Assembly (NCBI GenBank): GCA_965219455.1
Contig: OZ244744.1
Span: forward strand, 1,536,001 to 1,600,000
Reading direction: 5' to 3'
From: Candidatus Latescibacterota bacterium
Lineage (GTDB): Bacteria > Latescibacterota > UBA2968 > GCA-2709665
DNA length: 64,000 nt
In this document: positions 29,974 to 39,997 of the stretch, one piece after another
Layout: each line of letters begins with the position of its first letter
How positions within the stretch are numbered: position 1 is the stretch's first letter
Made by a program: the position numbers and the translations under genes
The notes under the pieces: generated by a model
What the model was told of the DNA's origin: nothing
What the model saw: only the letters and a program-made list of their open reading frames with translations
Databases searched by the model: none

Positions 29974-32793
29974 ATGGAACGATCGTCAATTGACCGACTC
30001 ATCATAAACAAGCCCTATAAGGAGCCTGCGGAGCACTGGCGCTACAACCGGGAGAGGCGAACATTCTCACGGGCGGGAGGTCGTCGGCCTGCGGGCTACC
30101 TCATAGCGTCGGGGGATTCCAAGACCTTCGACGACCCGGGCATCTTCGTTGAAATCCCTCTGGTCAATCAGATTCGGACACGCGTAAAATCGTGGCGGGA
30201 CACCAGCTATCCCGGCGTGACAACAATAACCAAACGCCTCTTGGAGCATTGGACGGACTCGGAGGAGTTCGAGAACCGTCGGTTCTTCTTCTGCCAGCTT
30301 GAGGCGGTAGAGACGCTGATTTGGCTGACTGAAGCGCCCGATAGCGAGAAGGTAGGGATAGAGATTCCCGGTGACGGCGGCGAGTTCCGTCGCCTATGTG
30401 CCAAGATGGCCACAGGAACGGGCAAGACAGTGGTTATGGCTATGGTCATCGCCTGGCACATCCTCAACAAGGTCGCATATCCCCAGGACACCCGCTTCGC
30501 CAAGAACGTGCTGGTGGTCGCCCCCGGCCTCACCGTCAGGAGCCGCCTCGCCGTCCTGGAACCATCCAATCCTGAAAACTACTACGGGGCGTTCCATATC
30601 GTGCCCTCACCTTTCTTGGACCGGCTTCGCCAGGGGAAGGTGATAGTACGCAACTGGCACGCCCTCAACTGGGAGACCAATGAACAGATTGCCAATAAAC
30701 GGAGCGTGGACAAGCGAGGAGCCAAGAGCGACGAGGCCTATGTGCGTGACGTGCTGGGCGACATGGCCGGAGCCCGAAACCTGTTCGTCATCAACGACGA
30801 AGCGCACCACGCCTGGCGGGTGCCAGCTGAGTCCAAGGTGAAGGGCGTCGCCAAGGCCGACATCGAGGAAGCGACCAAGTGGGTGGGCGGCCTGGACCGG
30901 ATTCACAGTGTGCGTGGCATCCTCACCTGTTACGACTTCTCGGCCACACCCTTTGCTCCATCAGGCAAGAAAAGCTCAGATGAGGCCCTGTTTGACTGGA
31001 TCGTGAGCGACTTTGGACTGAACGACGCCATTGAATCGGGCTTGGTGAAGACACCGCGTGTGGTGATCCGCGATGACGCAGTGCCGGATTCCAAGACCTA
31101 CAAGTCCCGCCTGTACCACATATACAACGATCCAGAGGTGAAGGACGATCTGAATCGCCGTGCGCAGGCCCACGAGCCGCTGCCTGACCTGGTGACTAAT
31201 GGGTATTACCTGCTTGGCTATGACTGGAGAGAGGCTGCCAGAGATTGGCGAAAAGCAAAGTTCAGGACACCGCCAGTGATGATCACCGTCGCTAACCGCA
31301 CCGAGACGGCGGCTCGGATTAAGCACGCCTTTGACCGCAAGCGCATCTTGATTGACGAGCTCTGCAATGAGAAGCGGACTCTGCACATTGACTCCGGTGT
31401 ACTCAAGCGGGCTGAAGCGTCCGAGGAGCCGATAGCGGAAGTCATAGCGGACGGTGAAGGCGAATCTAAGAATGGAGTGGTGGCTCAGAGGCTCACCGCA
31501 GACCAGAGGGCTGAGCAACTCAGGAGGATGGTGGATACAGTGGGGCGGCCGGGGCAGCCGGGCGAGCAAATACAGAACGTCATCTCGGTGGGGATGCTCT
31601 CTGAGGGCTGGGACGCCAAGACTGTGACTCACATCATGGGACTCCGTGCGTTCACCAGCCAATTGCTGTGTGAGCAAGTGGTGGGTCGGGGCCTTCGCCG
31701 CACTTCCTACGACGTAAATGACAAGACCGGCATGTTCGAGCCTGAGTACGTCAACATATTTGGCGTGCCCTTCACGTTCTTACCCCACCAATCAGACGGC
31801 AGCGTAGCGCCGAAACCTCCAACCCCAAAGACTACCGTTGAGTCGGTGGCCGAGAAGGCCGCGTTCGAAATCACATGGCCCAATGTCATACGCATCGAGC
31901 ACGTTTACCGGCCCCGTCTCTCTCTCGATTGGGGACGAGTCGAGCTCCTTCGCCTCAATGCCAGCGAAACGGCCCAAGTCGCCGAGCTTGCTCCGGTAGT
32001 GGACGGGAAACCCGACGTCTCCAAGGTGAGCAGCATTGACCTGGAAGCGCTGGCTAAGGAGTACCGGACACAGAAAATCATCTTCGAAACGTCACGGGAT
32101 GTCTACGACCAGATGCAAGCGTCGTGGTCGGGAAGCCGGGAGTCACTGATCGCCCAGTTGGTGAAACTGGTCGAGCAGTTCCTCCTGTCGGACAGATTGT
32201 CCATCACGCCTCCTTTGTTCTACCAGGACCACACTGCCCGGCGGCTCGTCATTGCGCTCAATATGACCAAGGTGGTGCAACACGTCTGGGACGCTGTTCG
32301 TGTCGAGAACACGGAGAGGCTTGAGCCTGTATTTGACCGTGACCATCCTATCCGTTCGACTGCCAACGTGGCGACCTGGTACACCGGCAAGCCGTGCCAC
32401 TTCACTGAGCGTAGCCACGTCAACATGTGCGTGTACGACAGCACCTGGGAAGCGTCGGAAGCGTTTGAGCTAGACCACAACCCCGTGGTTGATGCCTGGG
32501 TGAAGAACGACCACCTGGGTTTTGAGGTGCTCTACGTATACCGGGGGGTGGTCCGAAAGTATCGTCCTGACTTCATCATCCGTCTTAAGTCAGGGAGTCT
32601 GCTGGTTCTGGAGACGAAGGGACAACCCGACGAACAGAGCCGCTCCAAGCGCCGTGCATTGGAACAGTGGACCCAGGCCGTCAACCAGCACGGAGGCTTC
32701 GGGTGGTGGTCGTCCGACGTTTCCTATAGCCCTGAGGACATCAAGGATATCCTACGGAAACACGGTAGGGCAGAGGTTGGCAAACTCGGATGA
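29974..32793 (+). CDS. res: Type III R-M restriction subunit (SF2 helicase + PD-(D/E)XK nuclease)
   Basis: MATGTGKT, DEAHH, SAT, EGWD, QVVGRGLRR, C-terminal YRPDF...LETKG. Confidence 0.92.
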   Translation: MERSSIDRLIINKPYKEPAEHWRYNRERRTFSRAGGRRPAGYLIASGDSKTFDDPGIFVEIPLVNQIRTRVKSWRDTSYPGVTTITKRLLEHWTDSEEFENRRFFFCQLEAVETLIWLTEAPDSEKVGIEIPGDGGEFRRLCAKMATGTGKTVVMAMVIAWHILNKVAYPQDTRFAKNVLVVAPGLTVRSRLAVLEPSNPENYYGAFHIVPSPFLDRLRQGKVIVRNWHALNWETNEQIANKRSVDKRGAKSDEAYVRDVLGDMAGARNLFVINDEAHHAWRVPAESKVKGVAKADIEEATKWVGGLDRIHSVRGILTCYDFSATPFAPSGKKSSDEALFDWIVSDFGLNDAIESGLVKTPRVVIRDDAVPDSKTYKSRLYHIYNDPEVKDDLNRRAQAHEPLPDLVTNGYYLLGYDWREAARDWRKAKFRTPPVMITVANRTETAARIKHAFDRKRILIDELCNEKRTLHIDSGVLKRAEASEEPIAEVIADGEGESKNGVVAQRLTADQRAEQLRRMVDTVGRPGQPGEQIQNVISVGMLSEGWDAKTVTHIMGLRAFTSQLLCEQVVGRGLRRTSYDVNDKTGMFEPEYVNIFGVPFTFLPHQSDGSVAPKPPTPKTTVESVAEKAAFEITWPNVIRIEHVYRPRLSLDWGRVELLRLNASETAQVAELAPVVDGKPDVSKVSSIDLEALAKEYRTQKIIFETSRDVYDQMQASWSGSRESLIAQLVKLVEQFLLSDRLSITPPLFYQDHTARRLVIALNMTKVVQHVWDAVRVENTERLEPVFDRDHPIRSTANVATWYTGKPCHFTERSHVNMCVYDSTWEASEAFELDHNPVVDAWVKNDHLGFEVLYVYRGVVRKYRPDFIIRLKSGSLLVLETKGQPDEQSRSKRRALEQWTQAVNQHGGFGWWSSDVSYSPEDIKDILRKHGRAEVGKLG

Positions 32794-33121
32794 TGTGCGG
32801 TCCAGATAGGCCCTACCCTCTTTGGACGTGATCACCCACCGCATAGTTCGCAGTACATTACGCTCTGGCCCACCAAACTGCACATAATCGAGAACTTTCA
32901 AATTGAGGATCGATTTGGACCCGTAGTCAAGCGTGTATCCCGCCTTGTTGTGCGAAAGAGCGTTGCGAGAGAGGAGAGAGCAGGATAGACACTCACGTCC
33001 CCACCTTTTCCGTATCTTCCGGTTTCATACGAGTCATCGCCACCTCGCGGCCTACGGGCGTCGGCCTGTCCTTTGTAAAGACGAAATTGCAGAGATAGGC
33101 GCTGTCGGGTCCCCTTCGTTC

Positions 33122-33694
33122 TCAGACACCCGCTTCAGGGTCGTAGATGAAATTCCTCTCGGCGTCGGCCAGCAGGGGGAGTTCCAGGTCCTTCCCTGAA
33201 AGGATCGGATCGGCAACCGGCCAATCGATGGCGATGGCCGGATCGTCCCATACAATGCCCCGGTCCAGATCCGGTGCGAATTCGGCGGTAACTTTGTACG
33301 CGAACTCGGCCTCGTCGCTCAACACGCAAAACCCGTGCGCAAAACCCTCGGGAATGAAGAACATCCTGAAATTCTCTTCAGACAGCACAACCCCTTCCCA
33401 TTGTCCGAAGGTGGGAGCGTTCCTGCGGATATCGACGGCCACGTCGAACACCTCGCCCTTTACAACCCTGACCAGCTTGGCCTGGGCCTTCGGATGCAAC
33501 TGATAGTGTAACCCCCTCAGAACGCCCCTGACCGAATGGGAATGGATATCCTGGACGAACTTTGTGGAAATTCCGTTCGCCTCGAAATCAGACTTCTTAT
33601 AGGATTCCATCAGAAAACCGCGACTGTCTTTGAAAACCCGGGGCTCGACCAGGATGAGTTCGGGAATTCTCAGCCTTTGAAACCGGAATGGCAT
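33122..33694 (-). CDS. rfbC: dTDP-4-dehydrorhamnose 3,5-epimerase
   Basis: DSRGFLME, LRGLHYQ, QAKLVRV, DVAVDIR, GFAHGF. Confidence 0.96.
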   Translation of the reverse strand: MPFRFQRLRIPELILVEPRVFKDSRGFLMESYKKSDFEANGISTKFVQDIHSHSVRGVLRGLHYQLHPKAQAKLVRVVKGEVFDVAVDIRRNAPTFGQWEGVVLSEENFRMFFIPEGFAHGFCVLSDEAEFAYKVTAEFAPDLDRGIVWDDPAIAIDWPVADPILSGKDLELPLLADAERNFIYDPEAGV

Positions 33695-33733
33695 CCAACT
33701 TCCTTTCCCGGAGAAATAGACGCGCATTTCGGA

Positions 33734-34768
33734 TCAGGAGTGCCGGGACGACACCTGCGTCCAGCCTTCCTCGTTCACGTCGATCCGCTTCAGGAGGGGT
33801 TCCCACCAGGCGCGATTGTCGGCGTACCAGAGTACCGTTTCTTTGAACCCGAGTTCGAAAGAAATCTCCGGGCGCCATCCGAGTCGGGTACGTAGCTTGT
33901 TCGAGTCCAGAAGGTACCTGCGGTCGTGTCCGGGGCGGTCCGGAACGTAGGACTTGTATGACGCGTCAAACCCGAGTACATTCAGAATCGTGTCTGCAAT
34001 CGTTTCGACGTCCACCTCAACGCCGCTGCCGACATTGTAGGTCTCTCCGACCCGGCCTTGTTTCAGGATCAGGTCGATGGCCCTGCAGTGGTCCAACACA
34101 TGGAGCCACTCCCGTTTGTTCCGGCTGCTCTTGTAGAGCGTCATCTTCTTATGATCCAGAACCTTAGTGACAAAAAGAGGAACCACCTTTTCCGGGAACT
34201 GGTAGGGTCCGTGGTTGTTCGCACAATTGGAAATCGTGACCGGCAGCCCGAATGTCTGATGGTACGCCCGGACCGCCAGGTCGGCCGCCGCTTTGGATGC
34301 GTTGTAGGGCGTACGTGGCTGATAGGGGTCGGTTTCCGAAAAGCTTGCCTCCGAATCGAGCGGCAGGTCCCCGTAGACCTCACAGGTTGAAATATGGTGA
34401 AACCTGGGCACTCCGGCGTCGTGCGCCGCCCGGAGCAGGCGCTGTGTCCCCAGCACGTTCGTCTCGTAGAAAACGTCCGGATTCACGACCGCACGACTGT
34501 TGTGGGACTCGGCGGCGAAGTTCACGATACAATCCGGCCGGTCCCGCTCGAAAAGATCTCGAGTCAACTCATAGTTGCCGATATCTCCTTGAACGAACTC
34601 ATACCTGCCGGGATATGTTTCCGCCACGTCGGAAAGGTTATCGAGGTTTCCCGCATACGTGAGCAAATCGTAGTTTACAACTCTGTCATCCGGATATTTG
34701 GACAACCAGTATCGAACAAAGTTCGAGCCGATAAACCCAGCGCCACCGGTCACAAAAATCTCGGCCAT
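33734..34768 (-). CDS. rfbB: dTDP-glucose 4,6-dehydratase
   Basis: TGGAGFIGSN, LTYAGN, FAAESH, PYNASKA, DRPGHDRRY. Confidence 0.95.
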   Translation of the reverse strand: MAEIFVTGGAGFIGSNFVRYWLSKYPDDRVVNYDLLTYAGNLDNLSDVAETYPGRYEFVQGDIGNYELTRDLFERDRPDCIVNFAAESHNSRAVVNPDVFYETNVLGTQRLLRAAHDAGVPRFHHISTCEVYGDLPLDSEASFSETDPYQPRTPYNASKAAADLAVRAYHQTFGLPVTISNCANNHGPYQFPEKVVPLFVTKVLDHKKMTLYKSSRNKREWLHVLDHCRAIDLILKQGRVGETYNVGSGVEVDVETIADTILNVLGFDASYKSYVPDRPGHDRRYLLDSNKLRTRLGWRPEISFELGFKETVLWYADNRAWWEPLLKRIDVNEEGWTQVSSRHS

Positions 34769-34780
34769 AATGGTCCCCTA

Positions 34781-36483
34781 GCGCGGCTTCGCTTTGCTCA
34801 GCCGCAACCAAATAGGTGGTAGTCAAGAGCAGATTGTTTTTGGGTATGCAAAACGGCGTTCATCCCCTATGATGGTGGTACCCACCGCCATCAATGGAAG
34901 GAGGAACGCCGTGAAAGACTTCGTGGACCAATGTAGTGAAAAAATCACCGGAGTGGTATCCTGTTTTGATCGGGTTCTGTTCAAAGGGTACCTGCCGCTG
35001 GGATTTGGAACTGCGATGGAGCGGTTCATCAGCAATCAGGGTTTGTTGTTGAAGGACTTCAAGCGTTTTGTGATGACGCATTCCGATACGATCAAAGCCC
35101 ACGCGGAGGCGATGGCAAACAAGCACGAGCGCCCGTTCATCTATCTGCAACGCAACACCATCAGGAAAGAGGACGAAGCGCGACGGTTGGCAAAACGCGA
35201 TGGGATCACGCAAGGCCTGGTCTGTGTGTTTCGGGCCCTGGAAGGCTGCCAGAGTTTCAAGCTGGTGCCAGGGGAAGGAAGGCCTCGCCTGATCAACGCA
35301 CAACGGAAATGCCTGTGCTACTACTTCTACTGGATTGACCGGGAGTTTGGACTGATGCATATCCGCATCCAGTCCTGGTTCCCGCTGGTGGTACAGATCT
35401 GTCTCAATGGCCACGAGTTCTTGGCGCGCAAGCTCGACAAACACGGCATCGCCTATGAAAAATTGGACAACGCGTTTGTCTGGATTGCCGATGTGGACCG
35501 GGCGCAACGCTTTGCCGATCGTTTTGTGGGCAAGAATTGGCCGCGCATTCTCTCTGCGTTCGCCCGCAAGGTCAACCCCCTGCTCAACGACCTGCTTTTG
35601 GGCATGGACTACTACTGGGTCGTTGACCAGGCCGAGTTCGCCACCGACGTGATGTTCCAAAACCCCCACGCCCTGAAGGCGCTGTATGAAAACCTGCTCA
35701 GACACACGGTGCTGTGCTTCTCTCCCCAGGACATCTTGACCTTCCTGGGCCGCAAACTCCACGGCAACTTTCAGGGTGAAGTCCTCACGGACTTCAAAAA
35801 CAAACGCCACAAAGGCGCAAGAGTCAAACACCGGATGTGTGAGAACTGGATTAAAATGTACGACAAACACGGGTGCGTACTACGCGTCGAAACAGTGATC
35901 AACCATCCAAGGCAGTTCAAGGTTCGCCGCTGGGGCATACGGCGAGGACAACGCGTGATGGGCTGGTATCCCATGGCCAAAGGCGTGGCCAACCTCTACC
36001 GCTATCGGGAAATCTCGTTGACGGCCAACCAACGCTACTTTCAGGCGCTGTCCGCAGCCCCTGACGCCGCTACCGGACATCAAAGCCTCACCACACTGGC
36101 GCGGCCACGCAGGCACAAGGGACGTACCTATCGGGGCTTTAACCCCGCCGACCTTTACGACCTCGACCTGTTTACCGCTGTGTTGAAAGGCGAACACGCC
36201 CTTATGGGCTTCCGCAACCAGGACATCCGAACACACCTCTTCCAACAACCCGCATCCCTTCTGCAACGCACTCGGCACGCCAATGCCACCAGCCGCCTCC
36301 TCAAACGTCTACACGTCCGCGGCCTGATTGCAAAAATCCCACGGTCCAGACGATGGCGCGTCACACCCGCGGGGCACAAAACACTCGCCTTGTCTTTGAC
36401 CCTTTACCATCAACACCCTACCACTAAACAAGCAGCATGAATAATTATCTACGCATTTTGCGTAGAAGTCACACTGTAAGACT
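34781..36483 (+). mobile_element. Putative IS-like element without terminal inverted repeats, inserted at CTA
   Basis: CTA at 34778-80 and 36484-86; removal rejoins the antiporter stop directly to the rfbB RBS and ATG; hairpins at 34783-34805 and 36448-36466; single ORF opposite to host operon. Confidence 0.75.
34911..36440 (+). CDS. Putative transposase: Rep_trans-like motifs plus C-terminal winged-helix
   Basis: AAGGAGG RBS, GTG start; QAEFATD, KMYDK, LRVE motifs; C-terminal SRLLKRLHVRGLIAKIPRSRRWRVT. Confidence 0.65.
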   Translation: MKDFVDQCSEKITGVVSCFDRVLFKGYLPLGFGTAMERFISNQGLLLKDFKRFVMTHSDTIKAHAEAMANKHERPFIYLQRNTIRKEDEARRLAKRDGITQGLVCVFRALEGCQSFKLVPGEGRPRLINAQRKCLCYYFYWIDREFGLMHIRIQSWFPLVVQICLNGHEFLARKLDKHGIAYEKLDNAFVWIADVDRAQRFADRFVGKNWPRILSAFARKVNPLLNDLLLGMDYYWVVDQAEFATDVMFQNPHALKALYENLLRHTVLCFSPQDILTFLGRKLHGNFQGEVLTDFKNKRHKGARVKHRMCENWIKMYDKHGCVLRVETVINHPRQFKVRRWGIRRGQRVMGWYPMAKGVANLYRYREISLTANQRYFQALSAAPDAATGHQSLTTLARPRRHKGRTYRGFNPADLYDLDLFTAVLKGEHALMGFRNQDIRTHLFQQPASLLQRTRHANATSRLLKRLHVRGLIAKIPRSRRWRVTPAGHKTLALSLTLYHQHPTTKQAA

Positions 36484-37461
36484 CTAAAAGAACAATACCC
36501 CCGTTAGAAGCAGATACACCCCGTATACCGCCAAAAGCACGAAACCTTCGATTCGGGTCAGGCGGTGGCCCGTACGCATCATGAAAAGCATCGCCAGCAC
36601 AATCGCCAGCATGGCCGGAAACGAAAAATGGATCACTTTGGTCGACACCACGAGCGGATTCACAACCGCGGATGCCCCGGCGATCCAGCAGATATTCAGG
36701 ATGTCCGCACCCAGAATATTGCCTACCACGATCTCTCCATGTCCCCCCCGCGCGGCCGTCACGCCCGTGGCGATTTCCGGCAACGACGTACCGATGGCAA
36801 CAACCGTAAGCGCAATCACAGCTTCGCTGACGCCCAGAGCCGAGGCGATGGTTACTGCGGATCCCACAATAAAATGACTGGATATCAACACCCCGACCAG
36901 CCCCACGCAGAACCAGAGCAGCAACATCCCCGGACCGCGTCCCTCAATTGACGCCTCGATCTCCTTCAGTTCCTCCAACCGGTTTCCTTCTGCCTCGGAA
37001 GATCGACGACGCGTCACATAGGTAAATACCGTGTACGCCACGAACAGCAGAAGCAGTACCCCTCCCTCGACGCGCCCCAGGCGCCCGTCAAACGCCATCG
37101 CGTAAGCGGCCAGATCCACGACAATCAAAAATATCCCGGTCGTCCGTAACAAATATGGATTGATGAGAATCGGCGTCCCTGCCACGAGGACGCCCAGCGG
37201 CAGCGCAACGCCGTCGTCCACAATCACGGAACCGACGGCATTGCCCAGTGCCATTTCCGGATGCCCCTCAAGTGCGGATAGCACGGACACGGCCAGTTCG
37301 GGCGAGGTTGTCGCCAGGCTCACCAGCACGATGCCGATCAGCATTTTCGGCACGTTCAGATATTCGGCAACCCCCACCGCTCCGTCCACAAACCAGGAAG
37401 CGCACTTGGCAAGAACCAGGAAACACACCGCCAGAACGCCGATCGCAACCGGTATACTCAT
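36484..37461 (-). CDS. Calcium/sodium antiporter (YrbG/CaCA family)
   Basis: Two alpha repeats TTSPE..GNAVGS and GTSLPE..GNILGA; about 10 hydrophobic segments. Confidence 0.92.
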   Translation of the reverse strand: MSIPVAIGVLAVCFLVLAKCASWFVDGAVGVAEYLNVPKMLIGIVLVSLATTSPELAVSVLSALEGHPEMALGNAVGSVIVDDGVALPLGVLVAGTPILINPYLLRTTGIFLIVVDLAAYAMAFDGRLGRVEGGVLLLLFVAYTVFTYVTRRRSSEAEGNRLEELKEIEASIEGRGPGMLLLWFCVGLVGVLISSHFIVGSAVTIASALGVSEAVIALTVVAIGTSLPEIATGVTAARGGHGEIVVGNILGADILNICWIAGASAVVNPLVVSTKVIHFSFPAMLAIVLAMLFMMRTGHRLTRIEGFVLLAVYGVYLLLTGVLFF

Positions 37462-37532
37462 TAAAAACAAGTCCTTGTCAATCCAAATTAGCCAGTCAAT
37501 AGCGATCGGGCGGCCCCCGGCGGGCGCCTGGC

Positions 37533-39854
37533 TCATCTGCCGGCGACTCTGGCCACCCAGATGCTGAATTCGTATAGCAGCACGAGCGGCAGCGCCATCA
37601 TCAGTTGGGAGATCGGATCCGGAGGCGTGAGCAGGGCCGCCAGTATAAAACCGATCACCATCGCATACCGCCTTCCCCGGCGCATTCGATCCGCGGTCAA
37701 CAGGCCAATCCGACTCAGGAAAAACGCCGCTACCGGCAGTTCGAAAACGACACCGAAGGCAACCAGCAGTCTCAATACAAAGCCGATGTAATAACCGATA
37801 TCGAACTGGGGGTCGACGCCGGTGCCCTCGCCGATCATAATCAGGAACCGAAACGACAGCGGCACCACGCTCAGGTAGGCAATGGCGCCTCCCAGAACAA
37901 AACAGATCGACGATGAAAAAACAATAAAAGATACGTACCGCCGCTCCAATGTCAATAAACCCGGCGCAACGAAGATCCACAATTGATACAGGAGAAACGG
38001 CAACGCCAGGATCGCACCGCCCACGAGGGTAATTTGAAGTTTGACGAGAAACATCCCCATCGGCTTCAAATATATAAGCTTGACGGGCGGTTCAACCGGC
38101 GCCACGCCCAACAGCTCCATTACAGGGGTCACGTCCCGAACGGGCAACACGAGCCACCCCAGGATGCGGTCCGAAAATATCCCGCAGATTACGGCTCCGA
38201 CCACAAGGGCCGCCAGCCCCTTCAATATGCGCCACCGGAGTTCCTCCAGATGATCCAGAAAGGGCATTGGCTTGTCGTCGACACCCGCGAACGGTTCGGG
38301 GGCGCGTTCGGCGGGAGTTCCGGCGTCCGGGGGCAGAATCGACGGCGTTGCATCCATCGTGTGCCGTCGGAAGGCCATCGCCACCAGAATTGCGCCAAGA
38401 ACCAGGCAGAGTTGGGAGAATAAGTCTCCGTACCTCGTATAGAGCGTCTTTGCGCTTCGTGGCGCCACCCCCTGTGTCAGCACGGCCGGATGGAAAATTC
38501 CCGTTGTCCCCGACTTCCGTCCATAGGCGTCAATAAACGTGGACACGCCTGTATTCGCGCAGCGTACCACGGCCCGCCGGTTCTCGATGGCGCGAAACAC
38601 CGCCGCCTCGGCATGCTGATAGGGTCCGGAAGTTCGACCGAACCAGCCATCATTGGTAATGATCACCAGAAATTCGGCGCCCAGGTCCACAAAAGCCCGA
38701 ACAAAACCCGGAAAGACCGAATCGTAACAGATCAGCGCGGCGAACCGGGCCTCAGGACCATTGAATACAGTCCGGCTCTCTCCGGAATCCCAGTTGCCCC
38801 CCACGAACCCGCCGCCGGTGAACCGGATCGTCCGCAAAAAAGGCAATATATCCGGGAACGGCGCACGTTCGCCGAACGGCACCAGGCGAGTCTTGTCGTA
38901 GTATCCCGTGATCCCTTTTCCGGGGACGAACAGAAACGAGGAGTTGTACACCTTCACCGGGTCGCCAACCTCCAGTCGGTACGCACCCGTATAAAGGAAG
39001 ATGTCCAGCGAGTCCACCATCGCCTGCACCCGCTCGCGATGGTGCCGGTACAATTCCCCTTTCAGATAGCCGACCGCCGTCTCGGGCCACACCACAAGCT
39101 TCGCCCCCTGCCCTGCGGCCTTTGCGGTCATCGGCTTCAGCTTGCCGAAATTGTAATCGAAACCCCTGTATTCTTTGGCCACCGGGGGCATATCCGGCTG
39201 GACCACGCCCACCGGCACGGCCTGCTCATCCGGATCATTCTTCAACGTCAGATACCCGTTCGCAGCCGGTCCCGCAAAAAGGGCCGCCAGCCCCGCAGCC
39301 CATACCCAGCGCCGTGCCCGGTTCCTCCACAGCATCAGCAAGCTCAGATTGACCACCACAATCCAGAACGAAACCCCGTACACCCCCGTCACTTCAGCAT
39401 ACTGAATCAGCCACAGATACGCCGTCTGCGAATTTCCGAGCACCACCCATGGAAACCCCATATCTCCCAGAGAATTGAAATACTCGAACGCAACCCAGAG
39501 AATGGGCGCGCTCCATATGCCCGCCTCGCCGTACCGCCGCACGACGCGGGCGAACGTCCACAGAAACAGCCCGCGAAACAGGGACATGTAGAAAACCGCC
39601 CCGGCCATGCCCGGCGGCGTGATCGAACCGATCCAGTAGAGTGTCGCTCCGTAGAAAAATATCCCCTGAACGAACCCGGCGCCAAAGGCCTCCCGGCCGC
39701 GCAGCCGTTCCGCCGAAATCAACAGCGGGATAAGCGCCCCGTAAGACAGGAAACCCAGGGGCAGGGGTGGGAACGCCGCGCCCAGGACAAGACCCGAAAC
39801 CGCCGGAAACACCACCATCCATTTCCAGTCTGTGCCCTGCCTCGCCTCCGTCAT
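37533..39854 (-). CDS. lnt-tatC: Fusion of apolipoprotein N-acyltransferase (Lnt) and Tat translocase subunit TatC
   Basis: Lnt WPET, KTRLVPFGE, ICYD, TNDGWFG, RAIENRR, ANTG; Pro-rich linker; TatC HLEELR, YQLW.FVAPGL, FELP, TPPDP, LYE; no stop between domains. Confidence 0.9.
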   Translation of the reverse strand: MTEARQGTDWKWMVVFPAVSGLVLGAAFPPLPLGFLSYGALIPLLISAERLRGREAFGAGFVQGIFFYGATLYWIGSITPPGMAGAVFYMSLFRGLFLWTFARVVRRYGEAGIWSAPILWVAFEYFNSLGDMGFPWVVLGNSQTAYLWLIQYAEVTGVYGVSFWIVVVNLSLLMLWRNRARRWVWAAGLAALFAGPAANGYLTLKNDPDEQAVPVGVVQPDMPPVAKEYRGFDYNFGKLKPMTAKAAGQGAKLVVWPETAVGYLKGELYRHHRERVQAMVDSLDIFLYTGAYRLEVGDPVKVYNSSFLFVPGKGITGYYDKTRLVPFGERAPFPDILPFLRTIRFTGGGFVGGNWDSGESRTVFNGPEARFAALICYDSVFPGFVRAFVDLGAEFLVIITNDGWFGRTSGPYQHAEAAVFRAIENRRAVVRCANTGVSTFIDAYGRKSGTTGIFHPAVLTQGVAPRSAKTLYTRYGDLFSQLCLVLGAILVAMAFRRHTMDATPSILPPDAGTPAERAPEPFAGVDDKPMPFLDHLEELRWRILKGLAALVVGAVICGIFSDRILGWLVLPVRDVTPVMELLGVAPVEPPVKLIYLKPMGMFLVKLQITLVGGAILALPFLLYQLWIFVAPGLLTLERRYVSFIVFSSSICFVLGGAIAYLSVVPLSFRFLIMIGEGTGVDPQFDIGYYIGFVLRLLVAFGVVFELPVAAFFLSRIGLLTADRMRRGRRYAMVIGFILAALLTPPDPISQLMMALPLVLLYEFSIWVARVAGR

Positions 39855-39997
39855 AATTCCGGTTCCTCCAAACCCTTCTGCCGGTTCTTCACCGGCCGCG
39901 TTGCGACCATCCAGGCTGCGGGACAGAAAAACCGGTTGGCCGCAAGCAGTGAGTCCCGCCAACCGGTTGGGTTGAACCCCGCCCCAAAAACCCACTT

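Noticed and set aside
26252-33121. Direct repeats or integrase bounding the R-M island
   Set aside because: None found by eye in the flanking intergenic regions.
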